Origin: an uncultured Candidatus Rokubacteria bacterium | GTDB lineage: Bacteria > Methylomirabilota > Methylomirabilia > Rokubacteriales > DASRDR01 | Direction: 5' to 3' | DNA: 64,000 nucleotides | NCBI GenBank assembly: GCA_963805625.1 | Contig: CAWDVE010000010.1 | Location: 1,568,001-1,632,000 of the forward strand | In this document: positions 58,237 to 64,000 of the stretch, in pieces | Layout: every line of letters begins with the position of its first letter | How positions within the stretch are numbered: position 1 is the stretch's first letter | Notes under the pieces: generated by a model | Database searches by the model: none | The model's input: the letters and a program-made list of their open reading frames with translations, nothing else | What the model was told of the DNA's origin: nothing | Made by a program: the position numbers and the translations under genes

Positions 58237-59864
58237 GCCCCCGAGCTTCGCACGGCTCCCACCGCCCGGGCGAGCCGCCCGGCGAGCGCTCCGGCGCCGA
58301 GGCACGCCACGGCGACCCAGATCGGGCCTCCCACGAGAGGCAGGGCCGTCGCGAGCGTGACGAGGACCAGGCCGACCACCAGCGCCCGCAGCGCATCGCG
58401 CCGCGGGTTGCCGCGCGGCCGGAGCAACGCCCGCCCGAGGGCGAGGGCGACCACGATCTTGGCCGCGTAGAGACCCAGGAGGTAGAGCCCCAGGAGGACG
58501 AGCGCGAGCGGCAGGCCGACAAGGGTCACGGCGAGGAGCAGGATCAGGACGGGGCCCCCGACGAGGGTTGCCACGCCCCACCCGAGGGATCGCTTCCAGC
58601 TCCGCACCCCGTCGGCGCTCCCCACGACCAGCCCGGGCACGAGCAGGAGCCCCGCCCAGCCGAGGAGCGCCGCACCGAAGAAGCTCGTCGCCGCCCAGAA
58701 CCATACGCGCGGCTCGCCGTACCACCCGGCACCGCGCGATGCCACGCGCGTGAGCACGGGGCCCGTCACGGTCGCCCCGCCGTCGACGGTCACGGCGGAC
58801 GGCCGGACGACGTCGGCCCGGACCGTTCCCTGGAGACGCGCCGGCGCCCGCACCGCGAGCCGGTCGCCACGGAAGCGGACGTCCCGGCCGACGCGACCGC
58901 TCACCTCGGCTTCGTGGGCCAGAATCGTCACGCCGCGTCCGATCTCACCGCCGAGCGACAGACTCCGGCCGACCAGCGTGAGGTCGCCCCCGACGCTTCC
59001 CCCGGGCTCGATCACCGTCGTGCGATCGGCGGCGTAAAGCCCCCGGCCGACGCGGCCGCGGAGGATCAAGGAGCCGGCGGCGACATACACGCTGCCCTCC
59101 ACCCTGCCGGCCACCTCCACCATCCGGGCCACGACCACGAGGTCGCCACGCACCGTCCCTCGCACGTCGACGTGCGCCGCGGCGACGATCAGATCGCCAT
59201 CGATCGTCCCGTCGACGCGGACGTTCTCGGCGGCGGCGACCAGCGTCCCGTCGAGCGTCTCGCTCACCCCGATCGCCACGTCCCTCCCGCTTCGTGTCTC
59301 GAGCGCGTCGACGGGTGACGGGGCAAGCCCCGCGGCCACTCCGAGGGTCAGCGCGAGCGCCGCGACCGCGCGCGAGGGAGTCCGCCCGAGATAGAGCCCG
59401 CCGGCAAGCGCCAGCCCCATCATCGTAGCGACCGCCAGGGTCGTGAGCGCCCGCTCCAGCGCGACGGCATTCGTCACGACGAAGAGGGCGCCCTCCACGG
59501 CGAGGCCGATCCAGTCACCCATCGGCCGGCCCGGAAGGTCTCCCCATCCGGCGAGGCGCGCAAGGCCCCCGGCGCCCGCCAGCACGGCCAGGGTGAGCCC
59601 CCACGCGCCGGCCCGACGCCCGTTCGTCGCCACGCCCAGGCGTCCGAGGATCGACGCGGGCCTCACCGCGCCCACGGGCGACGGCGCGAGGGCCGTCTGC
59701 TCGCCGAGTGCCGCGCTGAGCATCCGGTTCTCGTCCCGGAGCGCCGCGACCAGCGCCCGGCAGCGCGGACACTCAGCCAAGTGAACTTCGGTGGCCCGCG
59801 TCTCCTCCGGGGACAGCTCCCCGTCCGCGTACACCGCACAGGTGAGCTCGTTCAGGCACGTCAT
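58233..59864 (-). CDS. zinc-binding anti-sigma factor with bactofilin-like beta-helix repeats and a multi-TM C-terminus
   Basis: DGEL..HLAECPRC (HxxxCxxC), repeated V.G.V.GDL, several hydrophobic helices. Confidence 0.86.
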   Translation of the reverse strand: MTCLNELTCAVYADGELSPEETRATEVHLAECPRCRALVAALRDENRMLSAALGEQTALAPSPVGAVRPASILGRLGVATNGRRAGAWGLTLAVLAGAGGLARLAGWGDLPGRPMGDWIGLAVEGALFVVTNAVALERALTTLAVATMMGLALAGGLYLGRTPSRAVAALALTLGVAAGLAPSPVDALETRSGRDVAIGVSETLDGTLVAAAENVRVDGTIDGDLIVAAAHVDVRGTVRGDLVVVARMVEVAGRVEGSVYVAAGSLILRGRVGRGLYAADRTTVIEPGGSVGGDLTLVGRSLSLGGEIGRGVTILAHEAEVSGRVGRDVRFRGDRLAVRAPARLQGTVRADVVRPSAVTVDGGATVTGPVLTRVASRGAGWYGEPRVWFWAATSFFGAALLGWAGLLLVPGLVVGSADGVRSWKRSLGWGVATLVGGPVLILLLAVTLVGLPLALVLLGLYLLGLYAAKIVVALALGRALLRPRGNPRRDALRALVVGLVLVTLATALPLVGGPIWVAVACLGAGALAGRLARAVGAVRSSGA

Positions 59865-59866
59865 CG

Positions 59867-60439
59867 TCAAGCCCTCTCATCCAGATCCGCGAGCAGCCGG
59901 CGCAGGACCTGCTTGCCGCGGAAGATCAGGATCGCCACGTGGTTGCGCGTCACTCCGAGCTGGCTCGCGATCTCCTCGTAGCCCAGCTCGCCGTAGTAGC
60001 GGAGAGCCAGCGAGACCCGGTACCGCTCGGGGAGACGCTGAAGGGCGGCGCGCACCCGCTCCTGCCCCTCGTCGGTCAGCACCGCCGCGAGAGGCGACGG
60101 TCCGGACTCGCTTCCCGTCGACGCGCCGTCGGTCTCGTCCCACTCCGCGGCGAACAGCCGGGATTCGAGACGGCGGCGCCGCAGCACGTCGAGGCAGTGG
60201 TGGCTCGTCACGCTCAGGAGCCAGCGGTCGAACGGGAGCGCCGGGTCGTACCGATCGATCGCGCGCGGCAGGCGGAGGAAGACGTCGCTCCGGGCGTCCT
60301 CGGCCGCATCCGGAGAGCCGAGGAGGTGGCGGCAGAGACCGAGCACGCGCCGGCCGAATTCCTGGTAGAGCTCGGCGAAGCCCTCCTGCTCACCGCGCCG
60401 GGCGCGCTCGACGGCCTCCGCCACCTCGATTGCGTTCAT
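59867..60439 (-). CDS. ECF RNA polymerase sigma factor
   Basis: AEDA..DVF, F..WL..V..H.CLD, LPE.YR..L.LRY...L.YEEIA. Confidence 0.94.
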   Translation of the reverse strand: MNAIEVAEAVERARRGEQEGFAELYQEFGRRVLGLCRHLLGSPDAAEDARSDVFLRLPRAIDRYDPALPFDRWLLSVTSHHCLDVLRRRRLESRLFAAEWDETDGASTGSESGPSPLAAVLTDEGQERVRAALQRLPERYRVSLALRYYGELGYEEIASQLGVTRNHVAILIFRGKQVLRRLLADLDERA

Positions 60440-60456
60440 GGCCCTCCGACGAGTCC

Positions 60457-60482
60457 TACGAACCGACGCCCCCGGAGTTACA
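60457..60482 (-). promoter_or_regulatory. ECF-type promoter (autoregulatory) for the sigma/anti-sigma/MerB-like operon
   Basis: TGTAAC-N16-CGTA ending 17 nt before the sigma ATG. Confidence 0.75.
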
Positions 60483-60535
60483 TCGCGCTCCGCCGCCCCG
60501 GTCCTCCCCCGCCCGCCGGCATCGGGCTCCCCGGA

Positions 60536-60561
60536 CGTAACGGGGCGGATGCTCGTCCGTA
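60536..60561 (+). promoter_or_regulatory. ECF-type promoter for the divergent desaturase gene group
   Basis: CGTAAC-N16-CGTA. Confidence 0.7.
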
Positions 60562-60619
60562 TTACTTTCCGAACCGCCCAACAAGGAACGAACTGGCCAA
60601 GTGGGAGGAGGAGACGCTC

Positions 60620-61447
60620 ATGTCAATCGAACGCATCCTGACGGACTACGGAGAGCCGCTGCAATACATCATCTATTTCGGCCTCTTGGCTGGACTGGGG
60701 GTGATGGAGGCCCTCGCGCCCCGCCGCGGTAACCCGGCGGGCCGCGGGCGGCGGTGGCCGTCGAATTTCGGGCTGACGGCGCTCAACATCGTGGTGCTGG
60801 GAGCCCTGCCGGTGAGCGGCCTGGCGGTGGCCGTCATCGCCCAGCAGCAGGGCTGGGGGCTCCTCCAGCGGTACCCCTTGTCTCTCGCCGCCACGCTGGG
60901 AGTGGCGCTCCTTGCGCGGAGCCTCGTCTCGTACGCGGTCCACGTGGCCATGCACAAGGTACCGGCCCTGTGGCGCGTGCATCGCGTCCACCACACGGAC
61001 GTCTTCATGGACGTGTCGACGACCGTCCGGTTCCATCCGCTGGAGTTCCTGATCCAGCTCGGGCCGACAGCCCTCGTCATCCTCGGGCTCGGCCTGCCGC
61101 CGTGGACCATCATGCTCTACGAGCTGGTCGACACGGCCACCAACCTGTTCATCCACGCGAACGCCCGGATGCCGGGCCGTCTCGACGCCTGGCTGCGCCT
61201 GCTCCTGGTCACCCCCGACATGCACCGGGTCCATCACTCGGCCCTCTGGCCCGAGACGGACTCTAACTACGGGGTGGTCGTGCCATGGTGGGATCGGCTC
61301 TTCGGCACCTACCGCGAGACCGTTGGTGACCCCCGGGAGACCCGGCTCGGGCTCGAGGAGTGCCAGGACCGGCGGGCGTCGTCCCTCGGCTGGCTCCTCG
61401 CGCTGCCGTTCCGGGGACGCCTGGAGCACCTGGCGGAGCGCTCCTGA
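60620..61447 (+). CDS. sterol desaturase / fatty acid hydroxylase family protein
   Basis: His boxes HVAMH, HRVHH, HAN, HRVHH; RFHPLE; SNYG..WDRLFGT; GGAGGAGG RBS. Confidence 0.93.
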   Translation: MSIERILTDYGEPLQYIIYFGLLAGLGVMEALAPRRGNPAGRGRRWPSNFGLTALNIVVLGALPVSGLAVAVIAQQQGWGLLQRYPLSLAATLGVALLARSLVSYAVHVAMHKVPALWRVHRVHHTDVFMDVSTTVRFHPLEFLIQLGPTALVILGLGLPPWTIMLYELVDTATNLFIHANARMPGRLDAWLRLLLVTPDMHRVHHSALWPETDSNYGVVVPWWDRLFGTYRETVGDPRETRLGLEECQDRRASSLGWLLALPFRGRLEHLAERS

Positions 61448-61448
61448 G

Positions 61449-62015
61449 ATGCGCCCGCAATCGACACCCCGTCACGCGACGTCGGGTCCCGACATGCTCC
61501 CTGACTCGAACGCTCGTGGGGCTGCGTCCACCGCGACGGGCGCCGCCCCTGACCATCCCAGCGTTATCGCGAGGCCGCCCCGGATCGCGTACCTGTTCCT
61601 CGGGATCGGGGCGATCCTGGGGTGGCTCTGGCCTCTCCCCCTTCTGCCGACAGGCTCGCCGGCGGCACTCCGCTTCGGCGGCGGCGGGGGGCTCGTCGTC
61701 CTCGGCCTGGTCGTCATGACCCTGGCGGTCCGCGCCTTCCGGGACGCGGGAACGAACGTCGAGACGCCGAAGCCGGCGATCGCGCTCGTGACCGGCGGGA
61801 TCTACGCCCGCTCGCGGAATCCGATGTACGTCGCCCTCGCGCTCCTCTTCGCGGGCATCGCCCTGCTCGCCGACAGCGGCTGGCTCGCGCTGCTCCTCGT
61901 ACCCTACGTCGCCGTGCTCCGGATCGGGGTGATCGCGCAGGAAGAGCGCTACCTCGAGCGGAAGTTCGGCGCGCCCTACCGTGTCTATCGGGCCCACGTC
62001 CGGCGATGGCTCTGA
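61449..62015 (+). CDS. isoprenylcysteine carboxylmethyltransferase / PEMT family membrane methyltransferase
   Basis: LVTGGIYARSRNPMY, EE.YL..KFG..Y..Y...VRRW. Confidence 0.9.
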   Translation: MRPQSTPRHATSGPDMLPDSNARGAASTATGAAPDHPSVIARPPRIAYLFLGIGAILGWLWPLPLLPTGSPAALRFGGGGGLVVLGLVVMTLAVRAFRDAGTNVETPKPAIALVTGGIYARSRNPMYVALALLFAGIALLADSGWLALLLVPYVAVLRIGVIAQEERYLERKFGAPYRVYRAHVRRWL

Positions 62016-62046
62016 GCGGCGCGGGCAGGACTAGAATGAGAGGGCG

Positions 62047-62511
62047 ATGCGCGAGTACCGCTACCGGGTCGACACCGAGGGCCGGGTCTTCCACGACGGG
62101 AGCGAGGTTCTCGACCCCCTGACGCTCCGCTTCTTTCTGCGCGCCATGACCCGCACACCCGAGGGAGGCTGGCTCGTGGTGTGCCAGGGTGAACGGAACT
62201 GGTTCGAGTCCGAGGGGACCCCCTTCGTCGTTCAACGGCTCCGACCCGTCCTCCGTGAGGGGGTGCTGGACGGTCTCGAGCTCGTCCTGGCCGGCGACCA
62301 CCGGGAGCCACTCGACCCGGCCACGCTCGAGAGCGAGGGGGGGCGGCTCTACTGCCGGGTCCGGCGCGGCGCGTTCCCGGCGCGGTTCAGCCGCCTCGCG
62401 CTCCAGCAGCTCGGCGCGCACCTCAGGGACGAGAACGGACGGCCCGCCCTCGTCCTGGGTGGGCGCCGCCATACCATCGTCGATCGCGAAAGGACTCCCG
62501 AGCTCACATGA
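62047..62511 (+). CDS. hypothetical protein (DUF1285-like)
   Basis: YRVDTEG.VFHDG, TPFVV, EPLDP.TL, LYCRV...ARFSR. Confidence 0.7.
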   Translation: MREYRYRVDTEGRVFHDGSEVLDPLTLRFFLRAMTRTPEGGWLVVCQGERNWFESEGTPFVVQRLRPVLREGVLDGLELVLAGDHREPLDPATLESEGGRLYCRVRRGAFPARFSRLALQQLGAHLRDENGRPALVLGGRRHTIVDRERTPELT

Positions 62512-62610
62512 CGGACACATTGACCGACCCTGGCGACCCCGGCACCCCAGGCTATCCCCGAGCGCGGTAAGAAGGCGCGGACGGCGGGCGAGCCCTCACC
62601 CCCCGCCCGT

Positions 62611-63306
62611 GTGATGAGCATCCACGCCCACCCGGACGACCAGGAGTTCACCGTCGGCGGCACCCTGGCCAAGTGGGCGCGGGTAGGCACCGCCATCGTC
62701 ACCGTGTGCATCACGCGCGGCACCGGCGGATCGAACCGCTTCACGCCGCCGGACATGACCCGGGAGGCCCTCGGACCGATCCGCGAGGTCGAGCAACGAA
62801 GCGCGTGCCGGGTCCTCGGGATCGCGGACACGTGGTTCCTCGACTACGAGGACGGGATGCTCGAGGCCACCATCGCGCTCCGCCGGGACCTCACCCGCTT
62901 GATCCGGCGCTTCCGGCCCGACGCGGTCGTGTGCGGCGACCCCACCGTCCGCTACTACGGCTCCACGTACCTGAACCACCCCGACCACCGGGCGGCCGCC
63001 GACGCCGCACTCGATGCGGTCTTCCCTTCCGCCGGCACGCGGCTGATCTTCCCGGAGCTGCTCGCCGAGGGGCTCGAGCCCCACGAGGTCCGCCAGGTGT
63101 ACATCCACGGGGCCGAGCGGCCCGACACCTACGTCGACATCGCCGGCACGCTCGACGTCAAGCTGGCCGCCCTCCGCGAGCACCGGAGCCAGATGGGCGA
63201 GTGGGACCCCAAGGAGTTCCTCGTGGAGTGGGCGCGCGAGCAGGGCGTCAAGGTGGGCCTCGAGGCGGCGGAGGCCTATCGGCGGATGGTGCTGGAGGGG
63301 CCCTAG
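62611..63306 (+). CDS. PIG-L family deacetylase
   Basis: AHPDD, R..E, HPDH, H.SQ; start uncertain. Confidence 0.92.
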   Translation: MMSIHAHPDDQEFTVGGTLAKWARVGTAIVTVCITRGTGGSNRFTPPDMTREALGPIREVEQRSACRVLGIADTWFLDYEDGMLEATIALRRDLTRLIRRFRPDAVVCGDPTVRYYGSTYLNHPDHRAAADAALDAVFPSAGTRLIFPELLAEGLEPHEVRQVYIHGAERPDTYVDIAGTLDVKLAALREHRSQMGEWDPKEFLVEWAREQGVKVGLEAAEAYRRMVLEGP

Positions 63307-63356
63307 GGGGACCCGCCGGCCGGCCCCTGGCGAGCCCGCCCGGAGCCGGCCGCCCC

Positions 63357-64000
63357 TCACCCGGTCGCGGGACCTTCCAGCACCAGGACCGCCTCCCGGG
63401 GAAAGCTCACCGTCACCGTCTGCCCCGGCTGGGGCGGGGGCGTGTTTGGGGTGTTGAAGGTGTCGAGCGACACCGCGTTCTCTCGAAATCGCACGCGAAT
63501 CCGCACGATCGACCCCAGGAAGTTGACGTCCTCCACGGTGCCCTGCATCCGGTTCCCGTCACCCGCCGGCTCGTGGAGGGACACGATCTCGGGGCGCAGG
63601 GCCACCGAGCGCACCTCGCCGACCCGCGCGCCCGCCAGGCCTTGCGAGGCCAGGATCTCCTGCCCGTCGATCGCGATCGCGCCGCGCCCGGGGTCCACCA
63701 CCTGCCCCCGCAGGATGCTGAGGGTGCCGACGAAGGACGCCACGAAGCCCGTTCGCGGAAAGTTGTAGATCTCGAACGGGGTGCCGATCTGCTCGATCCG
63801 TCCGTCCCGCATCACGACGATCCGGTCCGACAGGGACAGGGCCTCCTCCTGGTCGTGCGTGACGTAGATCGTGGTGATCCCCAGCTTCCGCTGGATGGCG
63901 CGGATCTCGTTCCGCAGGGACACGCGGATCTTCGCGTCGAGGGCCGACAGGGGTTCGTCGAGCAGCAGCACCTTCGGCTGGATCGCGAGGGCGCGCGCCA
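63357..64000 (-). CDS. ABC ATP-binding protein (PotA/FbpC-like), 5'-partial
   Basis: LLLDEPLSALDAK, YVTHDQEEA, C-terminal TOBE domain; runs off the window end. Confidence 0.93.
   Translation of the reverse strand, partial: ARALAIQPKVLLLDEPLSALDAKIRVSLRNEIRAIQRKLGITTIYVTHDQEEALSLSDRIVVMRDGRIEQIGTPFEIYNFPRTGFVASFVGTLSILRGQVVDPGRGAIAIDGQEILASQGLAGARVGEVRSVALRPEIVSLHEPAGDGNRMQGTVEDVNFLGSIVRIRVRFRENAVSLDTFNTPNTPPPQPGQTVTVSFPREAVLVLEGPATG

Noticed and set aside
62508-62570. 20-codon ORF overlapping the upstream stop, out of frame with the PIG-L gene (possible frameshifted start)
   Set aside because: The deacetylase domain is complete from 62611; no support for recoding
1-64000. CRISPR arrays, tRNA/rRNA genes (including tRNA-Sec), prophage or defence genes, SAM or cobalamin riboswitches before the met genes
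   Set aside because: No spaced repeats or recognisable consensus motifs seen by eye; a covariance-model scan would be needed to exclude divergent RNAs

Overview
A gene-dense, very GC-rich bacterial window (about 70% GC by eye). The gene families and style suggest Candidatus Rokubacteria/Methylomirabilota, which is inference only. Ordinary content: peptide and branched-chain ABC transporters, msrPQ, aroK, peptidases, SDRs, a type III PKS cluster, a GH57 enzyme, an orphan pdhA and several methionine/methyl-transfer genes. No rRNA, tRNA or CRISPR array was seen. The main hidden signal is four genes that the ORF track splits at an in-frame TGA located where a catalytic Cys is expected: two AhpD-like proteins (CxxU; one sits between msrP and msrQ), a YVTN beta-propeller/TlpA fusion (W-U-G-P-C) and a MerB-like lyase (Sec at the Cys159-equivalent). 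All four TGAs are followed by 8 nt, then CAAY, then a hairpin with a G-rich loop, i.e. a shared candidate SECIS. The MerB-like gene is translationally coupled to an ECF sigma/zinc anti-sigma pair, and two back-to-back YGTAAC-N16-CGTA promoters link it to a divergent membrane-lipid/deacetylase gene group. A second candidate system is a core (half-size) MetE flanked by an uncharacterised SAM-methyltransferase-like protein and a MetF-MetV fusion. All calls come from reading the sequence; no searches were run.
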